Source: a virus
Virus record (IMG/VR): IMGVR_UViG_3300027969_000044
Coordinates: 1-64,000 of that record
DNA: 64,000 nucleotides
Strand: one strand, 5' to 3'
Of this stretch, positions 9,094-20,900 are shown in pieces. Position numbers and translations under genes: made by a program. The notes under the pieces are model-generated. The model ran no database searches, had not been told where the DNA came from, and saw nothing but the letters and a program-made list of their open reading frames with translations. How positions within the stretch are numbered: position 1 is the stretch's first letter; each line of letters opens with the position of its first letter.

Positions 9094-9251
9094 TGAAAAG
9101 AGTTTGGCGACTGTGGGCTAAGGCCATTGGAGAAAAAGCAGGCAATACGGACAATGAAGCTGATCGTATTGCTTGCTTTCGTACCTTAATTGTGTTAATA
9201 TATGTTATCACAAACTTTTTTATAATTGCAGGCGTTATAAGGCATTGGTAA
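9093..9251 (+). CDS. Small membrane protein
   Basis: MKRVWRLWAKAIGEKAG...IIAGVIRHW; TAATG overlaps at both ends. Confidence 0.7.
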   Translation: MKRVWRLWAKAIGEKAGNTDNEADRIACFRTLIVLIYVITNFFIIAGVIRHW

Positions 9252-10270
9252 TGGGCAAACTCGGATTCGCATGTAAATGGATCGATCATCCACATCAGAC
9301 AGATGGAATTAAACCTACAGACGATTGTAAGAAATACAATACAGGATCTACTACAGTAGCCTGGCTTGATCGACAAAGTCGCGATGTAGCTGAACAAAAA
9401 CTTTGGGACCTAATGGTAGGCAATATTGAAGCTGTTCAAAAACTTGTAGGTAAGGTTAGCGAACTTGATGAGCCACTTCGTATGGTTCGTATTGGCAGTG
9501 ATATTCTGCCTGTTTACACTCATGCTACGTATGCGTATTATTGGCAACGCCCCGATGTTATTTCATACGCTGAAAAAGCATTTGCAAGGGTGGGAGATAT
9601 TGCTCGTGCTAACAATGTTCGATTATCTTTTCATCCTGGGCAGTTTACAGTTCTAGCATCTGAAAACGATGGAATTGTAGAGCGTTCAATTGAAGAATTT
9701 GAGTATCATGCCGACATGGCCCGTATGATGGGATATGGTAAAAAGTTTCAAGACTTTAAAATTAATGTACACATTAGTGGCAAACGAGGTCCAGACGGAA
9801 TTCGTGCCGCTTATAAACGATTAAGCCCAGAAGCTCGTAACTGTATTACTATCGAAAATGAAGAAAACTCTTGGGGATTAGATGATTGCCTTACTATTAG
9901 TGACTTGGTGCCTATCGTTCTTGATATTCATCACCATTGGATTAAAACAGGAGAGTACATCTCCCCCGTGGACCCCCGTGTTGATCGGGTGGTTCAGTCT
10001 TGGCGTGGTGTCCGGCCTACTATGCATTATTCTATTAGCCGTGAAGATTATCTTGTGGATCATGACCTACTTTGCGCTCCCAACTATACAACTCTTTTAG
10101 AAAGCGGATACAAAAAGCAAAATCTCAGAGCACACTCTGACTTTTACTGGAATAAAGAAGTTAACGACTGGGCATTACAGTTCTTAAATACACATGACAT
10201 CATGTGCGAGTCTAAGGCTAAAAACTTAGCCAGCTTTGCCCTTTACGATTATTACAGGAACAAATCATGA
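9251..10270 (+). CDS. uvsE: UV damage endonuclease (UvsE/UVDE)
   Basis: LGFAC, RIGSD, RLSFHPGQF.VL, IENEE, DIHHH, HSD, MCESKAK; start moved to ATG 9251. Confidence 0.93.
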   Translation: MGKLGFACKWIDHPHQTDGIKPTDDCKKYNTGSTTVAWLDRQSRDVAEQKLWDLMVGNIEAVQKLVGKVSELDEPLRMVRIGSDILPVYTHATYAYYWQRPDVISYAEKAFARVGDIARANNVRLSFHPGQFTVLASENDGIVERSIEEFEYHADMARMMGYGKKFQDFKINVHISGKRGPDGIRAAYKRLSPEARNCITIENEENSWGLDDCLTISDLVPIVLDIHHHWIKTGEYISPVDPRVDRVVQSWRGVRPTMHYSISREDYLVDHDLLCAPNYTTLLESGYKKQNLRAHSDFYWNKEVNDWALQFLNTHDIMCESKAKNLASFALYDYYRNKS

Positions 10271-10434
10271 CAACCGTTATCCTCGAAGAAGATCCAGAGA
10301 CCGGAGAGTTGATTATGCCCATCCCGGACAACATGTGGAAAGAGTTAGGATGGGAAATCGGAGACACACTTGTTTGGGAAGTACATCCTGACAACACAAT
10401 ACATCTAACTAAAAAAGAAAGTACAACTAAATGA
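10267..10434 (+). CDS. AbrB/MazE/SpoVT-like small DNA-binding protein (55 aa)
   Basis: Manual translation MTTVILEEDPETGELIMPIPDNMWKELGWEIGDTLVWEV...; IP...LGW..GD pattern. Confidence 0.65.
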   Translation: MTTVILEEDPETGELIMPIPDNMWKELGWEIGDTLVWEVHPDNTIHLTKKESTTK

Positions 10435-11213
10435 AAACAGTTTTTTATGCCTGGCTAACAGACGATTTTAAAAATACAATTATCGACTTTGATAATTTTG
10501 AAAAGAGCTTTAAACACTTTCATCCAGATGTAGATTTGGTAGTGTTTGATACAGCAGATATTAAAAAGCTGTTTTCAGAAAAGCCCTGGCTAAACCATTG
10601 TAACTGTAAAGCATCGTTTGCCAAGTTATTGTATAACGACTACGACTTAGTTGTTAACGTAGACGCAGACTTTTACTTTTTTGATCGTCTAACAGAATTG
10701 CTCGAAGGTGATTACGACATTGCCGCGTGTGCTAATTTTAATGTAATTAATAACAACGTTGACATTGCTGGTGGAGAACTTAATGGACTTCCTATTCCTA
10801 CAGTTGATCATCCTGTTTATATACAGGGTGGACTAATTGCTAGTCCTAATAAGAAGTTTTGGGATCAGTACGAGGAGTACAGCAGAATCTTATCAGACGA
10901 CATGCGTATTAAAGAAAACGATGTGTTGAATGTTATTTGGCACGGCGGATACGGATACAATACCAAAGTGCTAGATGGTTCTACAGATTTCAAGTCGCCA
11001 GACTTTAAACAGTATTACAACTGTGCTAGCCTAGGCAGAGAAGCGCAGGCCGTGATAAAAGATGGAAAAGTCCATCTTGATGACAAAGTTATGAGAAGCT
11101 ACCATGTTGCTCACGGCAACAACGGACCTCAAGGTATTCGAAAACACCGGTTGAATGAACTGTTTAGACCTGAGGTAGTAAACTGGTTCAATTCAACGGT
11201 GAATACTAATTAA
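10431..11213 (+). CDS. Glycosyltransferase (GT-A fold, GT8-like)
   Basis: DxD motif VNVDADF, IQGG, ENDVLN, late His (HVAHG). Confidence 0.7.
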   Translation: MKTVFYAWLTDDFKNTIIDFDNFEKSFKHFHPDVDLVVFDTADIKKLFSEKPWLNHCNCKASFAKLLYNDYDLVVNVDADFYFFDRLTELLEGDYDIAACANFNVINNNVDIAGGELNGLPIPTVDHPVYIQGGLIASPNKKFWDQYEEYSRILSDDMRIKENDVLNVIWHGGYGYNTKVLDGSTDFKSPDFKQYYNCASLGREAQAVIKDGKVHLDDKVMRSYHVAHGNNGPQGIRKHRLNELFRPEVVNWFNSTVNTN

Positions 11214-11506
11214 GCCTTTTTAGCCTTAACAGTTTTTGCTTTAGCAGGTGCCTTTGGCTTAACGGCCTTAGGTGCCTTTTCTACTTTTGCCTTAGGCGCT
11301 CTAGGAGCACGTGGCTTCTTAGTAGGAGCAGTTCCCATATCAGAAGTTTCTAGATCTAACGCAACTGCCACGGCAACTGTGTTAACTTCTGCTGGCTTCT
11401 GTACTTCTTCTACAGGAGCTGGTTGTGCCTCAACTTTATAAGGTGGTGCTGGGGTTTCTGTTGCTACTTTAGAAGTACCAAAGAAGGACTTGATGAATTT
11501 GATCAT
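11210..11506 (-). CDS. Hypothetical protein with Lys/Ala/Pro-rich basic tail
   Basis: KKPRAPRAPKAK...KAKKA; SD AAGGAA and TAAATA (11534-11539, minus strand) upstream. Confidence 0.75.
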   Translation of the reverse strand: MIKFIKSFFGTSKVATETPAPPYKVEAQPAPVEEVQKPAEVNTVAVAVALDLETSDMGTAPTKKPRAPRAPKAKVEKAPKAVKPKAPAKAKTVKAKKA

Positions 11507-11557
11507 ATTAATGATTCCTTTTAATTAAACATATATTTAACACAATAAGTACCGTGT

Positions 11558-11845
11558 TTAAATTTTACTTATGTCAATATTACTGTTTACAGGCGCATCC
11601 CATATAAATCTACGCTCAACGCCCTTTTTTTGAGCAAAGCGTTTTGAATCACAATTTTTACAAACATGAAAATAATGGTTGTTTAATCGCTTGGGATTCA
11701 TACGTCCCCGCTCTCTTTCAAATAGATCGCTACAGCTATCGCATCGAAATATAACAACACAGTACTCTCTCCAATGCGTGTGTTCATGTCCTAGCGTACT
11801 CTTACGAGTGAAATATCTTTTACGTGTTTCAGTTTTCAAAAACAT
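11558..11845 (-). CDS. Zn-finger hypothetical protein
   Basis: CDSC...CKNC; TAAATA on the minus strand at 11850-11855. Confidence 0.75.
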   Translation of the reverse strand: MFLKTETRKRYFTRKSTLGHEHTHWREYCVVIFRCDSCSDLFERERGRMNPKRLNNHYFHVCKNCDSKRFAQKKGVERRFIWDAPVNSNIDISKI

Positions 11846-11849
11846 AAGG

Positions 11850-11885
11850 TATTTACATTAAGATTACAAAACAGTTTGGTAAATA
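11850..11885. promoter_or_regulatory. Divergent pair of late-type TAAATA promoters
   Basis: TATTTA at 11850-11855 (minus) and TAAATA at 11880-11885 (plus) between divergent genes. Confidence 0.6.
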
Positions 11886-11917
11886 AGATGAACAGCACTT
11901 ATTGTGAGAGACTACAC

Positions 11918-14900
11918 ATGGCAAATAAAAAAATCATTAATATCGGTAATCAAAGCAACGACGGAACTGGCGATACAATTCGCGATGCGTTCGATAAAGT
12001 CAATAGTAACTTTGATGATCTTTACAACGTAGCAGGCTTAGGAGACGGTTTACGATTTGTTAAACTACGCGAAGCACCAGCAACATTAAGTTCTAGTACC
12101 ATTTTAGGTATCAATACCAGTGCTACAAAAATTGTACAACGCACATTAGTTGCCAGTACTGGTGTTCAAATTACACTAACTGATGATAGTATCATCATTG
12201 CCAACACAGCTAGTAACTTAAAATCTGATGCAAATCCAGTGTTAGGTGGCGATTTAGATGGTCTTTTCAGTCATAAAGGTATCAAATTCAGCGAACCTAC
12301 TAACGATTATGATACTGTTACTAAGAAGTGGGTCTACGATAACTTCTTAAACAGAGATGCCAAATACGAAAAGGACGACACAGTTCCTCCTGCTTATTTT
12401 GGAAATCCAGTTGCAACCGCTGAAGGTAGTACACTTAGATCCAATCCAATTGCTCTTACAACTGCTACTAAAGCCGGACATTTGGTTAATAAAGAATACG
12501 CTGACCGTAAGATCAGTCTCAAAGGCGCATACTCAGTTGATCCTGCTACAAATACCGTAAACCCAGCCATGGGTACAATGACCGGACCGTTGGTATTGTT
12601 CCGCGATCCAATTACACAAGATGATGTAGACTTTGGTGGAAAAATTGCGGCAACTAAATCATATGTTGACAGTTCCAGCTTTGTCAGCGCGGTTAACTTC
12701 TTCGTTGCTACCACTGGACGTGATAACCGAACAGATATTCCTTCTTTTAAGAAAGGTCGTGCGCTAGCATACGCATTTAAAACTATCGGACAAGCTGGTA
12801 AAGCCGCCGAAGAGATGCTGGCTATTTCGCAAGTTGTGCTTGGACCATACCAAAAACTTATTACAACCAACAACGGACTAGCCGATGTTACGGTTAGTAA
12901 TATTGTAGAAACTAGCCCCTATGTTGCCGGCGCAAAAAGAATTAGTGTAGGATGGTCAGGCGGAGAAGGAAAAGGTACTGATGCGTATGCTAACGGAAGT
13001 TTATTTCCTGGTTGCTATATTCTCGGAGAATCAACTGGTGCTATCGGCCTAGTTGAAAAAATTGGTTATACAACTGGTCCAAACTACGAAAACTACGATA
13101 TTGTACCAGTTGACTATGCTAAGACTATTGTTAGTAAGTTAACTCAGATTCAAGCTCAGGGTAATGTTATACTACAATTTCAAACACCAAACTTAGTTAA
13201 CATTCCAGAATTCTGGAAAGGCTATATTTTTAAAGTAGATGCTAGCGTTGGCGGTGGTGAAGGACAAATTGTCGATGTTGGTTACTATACCGACCCAGTT
13301 ACACAAGACGTATACGATCGTATCACTGTTAACTTTACAACTCCATTAGGTAACACGAATAATATTGATGGAGACAAATGGCACGTTTATAGCGGGTACT
13401 TTCAGCTAGGTGAAAGACTACGTTGGGGACAACGTCAAGATAAAACTCAGATCACTATTGTTATTGAATCTGGTGAACATCTAGAAAATTACCCAGTTAG
13501 ATTGAGTAGAAACGTTTCTATACGTGGAGATGAATTCCGACGTTCTATTCCTAAGCCTGCTACGTTTGTTAATAGTGACCTGTCAACAATTTCTGTTAGC
13601 CCATGGGCAAATATCTATTTCCGTCGTGATACACAAACAGACGGATTGCTAATTTCTCAATTAAACAAAGACGTTGATTATGCCGCAAATGAAGGCGGTA
13701 TTCTTACAGCAACACCTGACGGAACTGAAAATAATCGAGACACAGGCGTTGTAACATTTACAGTTTCACAAACTATTAACGGAATTCCTCAGCCAGGGTA
13801 TTCATTGCCATCGTCTTGGAAAGGAAAAGTATTTGTAGGCAACGGTGGACAAGGAGAAATTTTATCTGTAACTGCTAACGTCTTTACTGTTAACTTGGCT
13901 CAAAATAGTTCTTTTGAAAGAAAGTTAACATCCAGTTCTGCATCCGTTGGAAATCAATGGCATGTGTATAACCCTGTTAACTTTGGATATCATTATCTAC
14001 GTGATGCTAAACGTCCTATTAACTACGTTATTAAAAATCAAGCTGGTAACTATCTAACCAGTGCCCGTTTACTAGCATTAAACAAGGGGTATATACAAGC
14101 AGAAATTGGTGCTTACATTGACGCAAAAATTGCTCTAGGTGTAGGCATTTGGGCTGGCTTTAGTTTAACAACTTTACAAAAACAAAAATGTGTCCGAGAC
14201 GTAGGTACTATCATTGATGCTATTTGTGCTGACTTAGACGCAGGTAATATTAGTAACTGTTTAACAGTAGCTGACAGTTATAGAAATGTTCCTACCGTTC
14301 AAAATTATGAACTGTTACAGACTGTAGATGCCATTGCTAAAATTGGAGAGCTGGCTCAACGTGTTGTTCAAAATATTCCTACAGGCGAAGGCCAAGGAAT
14401 CAACTCATATTCTACTAAAGCGCAGACATTTGATAGAACAACATATCAATCTGATATGGCTGTTATTAGGCCAACAATTGGATATGCTTTAGACCCTAAC
14501 AATATCAATATTATTGATGAAGGTTTAGGATATCAATTTCCCCCAACAATTAGTTTTGTAGGCGGAGGATACTCTACTATTGCCAAGGCTACTGCAAACA
14601 TTGACAACGATGGAAAAATTACAGGATTAACATTTACTGACGTGGGAGCTGGATATACATCGGCTCCTCAAATTGTCGTTATTCGAAACCAGACTGGTCT
14701 GCCAGCAGTTGAGGCTGAGATTGAAATCCCATTGGCACCAACTGGGACTATTAAAAGTGTAGAAATAGTTCAACCCGGGCGTGGATACTATTCAACTCCC
14801 GGTGTTAAAGTTGTCGGAAATCCCGGAGCAAGTAGTGGCCTTATTACTATCACTACTGGTACTGTAGGCCCATACACAGTTGTTACATCTGCTAATCTAG

Positions 14901-17900
14901 TCAGTGGCGGAACTGGATATAGTGAAGCATACGTTCAACTAGACAAAGGTACTGGTACTGGTGTCGACAACAGCTTAAACTCGTTAAAGAATTTAACTGA
15001 CGGCATTGGTAGTGTTGTTGGCGGAAACCCAGATTTTAACCCTCCATTGTACAACGATGAGATGGACTGTTTCTTAATGAATGACGCTAACGTTATTCGT
15101 TATGTAAGCTGTCAAGGACATGGCGGTTTCATGAAGGTACTTGACCCCGAAGGTCAAGTTCTTGCTAAATCACCGTATACACAAACAGCATCGTCATTTA
15201 GTCGTAGTAAAAATAGACAAGTGTTCTCTGGAGGTATGTTAGTTGACGGCTTTGCTGGTAACTTACAAATGACCCCTAGACGTAACAGTCAAAATAATTT
15301 AGAAGCAGAAGCAGACTTAGAGACTGGAACACTGACTAAGATTTTTGTTGAAGGACTAAAACGCAAGCCACAGACTCCAACGTTTTTCCTACATCAAGGT
15401 ATTACATTTGAAGTTAACTTTATTAGTGAATTCCAGTTAGACAGTAGTGGAGTAACGTATCAGGCAACACTAAATCTAAACCCAGCTCGTCCTGGAGGAT
15501 TTTCTTCAGGTTATATTAGTGCTACGGGTTTCCAAGGAAGTAAGACACTTCCAGTATCGTTAAGTAGCCCAACGGTACCGGGAGGTGTTAAAGCCGTCGG
15601 TACAATTCAAACTGACGGTGCCGGTGCTCTAGTTGGGACTGGAATTACATTTACTAACCCAGGTGTTGGTTACGTTAATACTGCCGCTACTGTGGTAATT
15701 GGTGGTGCTATTATCAGCTTCCCAATTGATGAGAGCGGAAGTGTTGCTACTGGGTCTGTACAAATTATTAGCTCCGGTACTGGCTACACTAATGGAATGA
15801 CAGTTAACTTTGCTGCATCGGGCGGCACTGGCGGAGTAAGAGCCAATGCTACTGTTATTGCAGCTACAGGTATTGGCGGTATTACAGGATTCAATTGGGT
15901 CAACACAGGTAGTGGTTATACAACAAGTCCGGACTATTGGTTCGGTACTGGATGGAATCAGCGCCTTGCAATTACCAATGGTTTCATCGGAACACTACCA
16001 AGCACTATCGAAACGATCACTGCCGGTAACCGTTCTATGTTGGCAAACGACTTTACACAGGTTAACGACTTAGGCTACGGTATTTTTGTAACCAACGGTG
16101 GCTTCATGGAAAACGTTTCCATGTTTACATACTACTGCTGGACTTCATACTATGCTCTAAATGGTGCTCAGATTAGAACTATTACAGGTTCTAGTGCCTA
16201 TGGTAATTACGGTTTAGTTGCTGAAGGAAGCGATCCTTTAGAAACTCCTATTGCTCTAAAGACACTATCAGACACTAATCAAATTGTTAATTTTAAAAAC
16301 GCAACAGGTTATACCAACGTAGCAGGAGCAAGTATTGTTTATGCTGTTGTTAGTAACTTTGATCCATATGGCAAGAGTGAAGTTGAAGTAAACCATTACG
16401 GTGTTCGCAAAATTTACACTATTGTTAGCGCAACAAGGATTCCAGCAGGCTCTGGAATTCCAAGCAATTACTATCTGTTTAGTTTAGATACCAATGGAGA
16501 AAAGTGGTTCCAAACAATGACCGATGGCGAGGTATTAAACGGAACGTATCGTATCAAGTTTCAACAGAAGTTTAGTGGATTAAATCCAAGTGTTCTAACA
16601 CGTACTGCTACAGTTATTAACTACAGCGAAGATCCTCAAACAACTTATAAAATATCTAGTTTCTCTTATCAAGGCAACGATATTACTTTAGCATCGAGTA
16701 ACAATGCTTACAACTATATCAGTATCCAACCTTGGGTAGAAAGTATATATCGTCAAGGTATCTACAATGTTACTAAAACTGGTGGAACAGGGTACACAGC
16801 TGGTCAGGAAGTCACACTAACATTTAACACAATAACTCCTGTTACAGCCTACGCACAATACGCATACGCAAGCACAACTGAATCAACGTCAAGCGTTATA
16901 ATTACAAATGCTACCGGACCGTTACATGTTGGTATGTTAGCAAACAGCGCCGACCTTGTTAATAACCGCGTTACTTGGGTCAACACTTCAACAAGTAGTC
17001 CAACAAGAATTGGACTAACAACTGCTGTTAAAAATATAACTACTATTTCCCAAATTACATTTACAGGTACACGAGCAGTTGCCAAGGGAACGGCTAACAG
17101 TAGCGGAGTAATTAATTCAATTACAGTTACAGAATCTGGCATTGGATATTCTGCCGACGACAGTGCGTCGGGCGGACCGTTACCAGCTACAGCAAGTTCT
17201 GGTAACTTAGGTGTTACTGCCGCTAAAATAGCGGGCCTAGCTAATACTACAGTTGTTAAAATTAATCAATTGAAGGCAGCAGACTCGGCAAGAATTTTAG
17301 CAGGGTTGGCAGCAAGTACTCCATACTATTATATGTTTGGATATGACGGCTTCTTGTTTAAGATTACAGGGTATCGCTCCCCAACAACTACAGGCCAACC
17401 CTGGGCAGAAATTACTATTCAAAGAATTACGCAGGCTGGCGCAGACATAACTCCTAACGGGTTACCGTCAGAGATGATGGCAAACAACTTGTACGCAGGG
17501 GTAATGCGTAATCAAGATGCAGCTATTACAGTTAAAATTTCTACGCTACGTGCTACATCGCACGATATGGTTGACATTGGTACTGGTGGCTATGCAAGTT
17601 CTAAAATTCCAAACGACTTGTTTGGACCTCCGTTGAGTGCACCAGCAGGTTCAACATCTGAAGTAATTGAACTTAGAAAAGGTCGTGTATTCTTCGTAAC
17701 TACTGACCAAGACGGAACATTTAGTGTAGGCGGTTACTTGATTGTTGATCAGGCCAAGGGACAGGTAAGTTTAAATGCGCCTGTTGCTCTTGCCAACTTA
17801 CCAAGTATTAAATTACAGAAAGGTCAATTAATCGACGACTTTAGTGCTGACTCAGCACTAACTGGAGAAAGCAATAGTACTATTCCAACAGAACGTGCAA

Positions 17901-20900
17901 TTGTTCAATTCGTTGAAAGACGTCTAGGAACAAGCCGATCTGGTGCCGGCACAACATTAAACTTAATTGGACCAGGATATCTAGACTTAACTGGTGTACA
18001 GGGAATGAAAAATCGTTTGAATATGAATTCAAACTTGATTCAGTCATTATCTAATCCAGGTAACTCAGATTATGATGCTACAAACAAATACTACGTCGAT
18101 AACAGATTACACCTAGACGGAACTAACGCAGTCTGGGCCGCAGACGCAAGTGTATCATTCCCGGGCGGTGCCCATCCAGAATGGGGCAAGATGCGTGGAC
18201 CATTGTGGGCAAGTGCTCATCCAGTTGCTGGCGATCCTGCTTTACAAGTACCAACTAAACGTTATGTTGATAAAGAAACACGCCAACTATCAACATTAAG
18301 TGATGTTGTATTCACAGCTCCTCAAGACATTGACCTAGTTGGTTTTAGTTCTACAATGTACTCCGAAAGTACAGCAACTAACAAACCAATATGGCATAAC
18401 ACTAGACAAGTTGTTAACTTGGCCAATGATGTTACCCTACCGGTTAATACTCCTGGCAATATAGGCGGTGGTAGTGATGTTGCGTTTACAAGAACAGCCA
18501 ATACACTAACTATTAAATTAACGGGTGCTTCTGCTAGTGGAGTGTACGGTGGAACACTAGATGCTAGCAATCCTATTACTGACTATCATGTGAATAGTGC
18601 GGCTCAAATTCGTCAATACAAGTTATTGATGACCGAAGCTAAAACAACTGCTACTAATTTATCAACTATTGCTTCTCAACAAGGAAGACAGGCACATCTA
18701 GGTGTAAGTGTGTATGATAGCACAATGTTCTCAGTGACCAATGGTTATGTAACATTAGCTGATAGTACATTGCCAACGAACGGTATTGTACTAAGCAAAC
18801 TACAACAAATTCCTGCTAACGGAATTGGATCTGGAAACGCAGGCGGTCTTCTTGGTAGTGTACTAGCAACTGCCGCTAACGTTAGTATTTTAACTTCTGG
18901 AACAGTAGTAACATTCCTACAAGCATTAACTAAGGATGGACGTCAGACACTAACTGGAAACTTAACACCCGAATTTGACGCAACTGTTGCCGCTGGTGTA
19001 ACTTTAGGTAGTGTTTCAAGAACATTCAAAAATGTCTTTGCTGACACATTTACTGGAACAGCAACAAAAGCAGTTGCGTTATTAAGCAATATTACTCCAC
19101 ATATGTATGTTGAAGCAAGGGTGGCAACATCAAACGGCAGTATTGTACAACGTAGCGCAACTGGTAATATAACAGGTGTATACCTTGTTGACGATAGTGG
19201 ATCTATAGCGCCTGCGACTAATGAATCTCCAGATGTCGGAACTACTACAAAACGTTTCAATAACATCTACACTAAAACTATCAGTGCTGGCAGTAGCTTC
19301 AGTGGTAACTTATTTGGTTCATGGACACTAACTGGTGTATCAGGTAGCCGACCAGAATTACTAGGTCCAGATAATGGAGTACCGGGAACTGGTGCCAATA
19401 TCGGTCGTGATAACGCTGTTGGTCGAATCAATACAGTTTATACTAGAACACTAGTAGCAGAAGGCGCTAATATTGTAGGAATGACCATTACAAACGTGTT
19501 AAACGGATCTAGCGCAGTCTTTTCCGGTAATGTTACAGCAGGTTCACTGACACTGAACACTACTGCACTAGAGATTGGACAAGGTGGTACAGGTGGTCGA
19601 GATGTTGGAACAGCACTTCAAAACTTATTGCCAACTGGTATAAATCCAGGAACGGTATTGACCTTTGGTGGGTCTGGAAATTATTATTGGGGTGCCGGCG
19701 GTGGCGGCGGTGGGGACTCGGTTGGCACAGAAATTACTACATCAAGAAATTACTTCACTGCTGGGACAGCAAATGGTACAGGGTACAACGGCGATCTTTA
19801 TAACTTTACACTTCCGTTAGGAGCAATATACACAGCCGGTCAAGGTCAGCTAAGAGTCTATATTAACGGTGTACGTCAGTTTGGTACTGAAATTACTGAA
19901 ACTAGCGGAGGGTCAACTAGCCCGTTAACAGCGGCAACATTTAGGATTCCGTCTGGAACTACCGCTGGTGATAGCATTATGGCTGAAATTGATGCTTACT
20001 ACTCATATCCAACCACTGGCGCGTCAATTACATATAGCCCAGTTGGCTCAATGAACGCAACGTACAATACTGTACAAAAGGCTATTGACTATATTGAAAA
20101 CGATAAGATACGAAAGGTTGGTGGCACCTTAACGGCCGCGGCCAGCAATGGTATTGGGCTTACTATGGGAGCCGGAACTACATTACAGCTAGCGGCTGGA
20201 ACAATAACTGTGCCAACAATGAAAATTCCATCAGGTGCGTTATTAACAACACCTCAAGCAGGTGCTGTGGAATTTGACGGTAGTTTGTTATACGCAACAA
20301 TAACTTCAGGAAATACTCGCAAAACAGTAGCTTTCCAAGACTGGGTTGGCGCACAGGGATTTATAACACTAACAAGTTTAAGTGTTGGATCAAATGCTGC
20401 AGCAAGTGGTTCAGGTGGAATAGGATATGCCAGCGCAACAGGCATCTTTACATATACTCCACCAGACCTAAGTAGCTACCAAACTAAAGCTGGATCGGTT
20501 TATTTAGGATCAACTGCTGTGCCATTAAATCGTGTTAGCGGTTCGTTAGTGTTAGCTGATGTCAGTGTAGCCAGTGCTACAACTGCAGGTAGCGCAGATG
20601 CGTTAGTTATTACAACTGACTATCAATTAGGAAGTTTAGGAGTTGGAAAGGCGGCACCGGGAAGTAACAGCATTGCAGTTAAAGGTGGTATTACAGCCGA
20701 AGGTGATATCACAGCATATTACACTTCAGACTCTAGACTAAAAACTAAGATTGAATCGATCACTGGAGCACTAGATAAAGTTTCTAAACTAGATGGTATT
20801 ACATTTAATTGGAACGAACAAGCCGACGGTAAAGATCAGACACGCAGAGAAGCTGGTATAATTGCTCAACAGATACAAGAAGTTCTTCCAGAAGCAGTAG

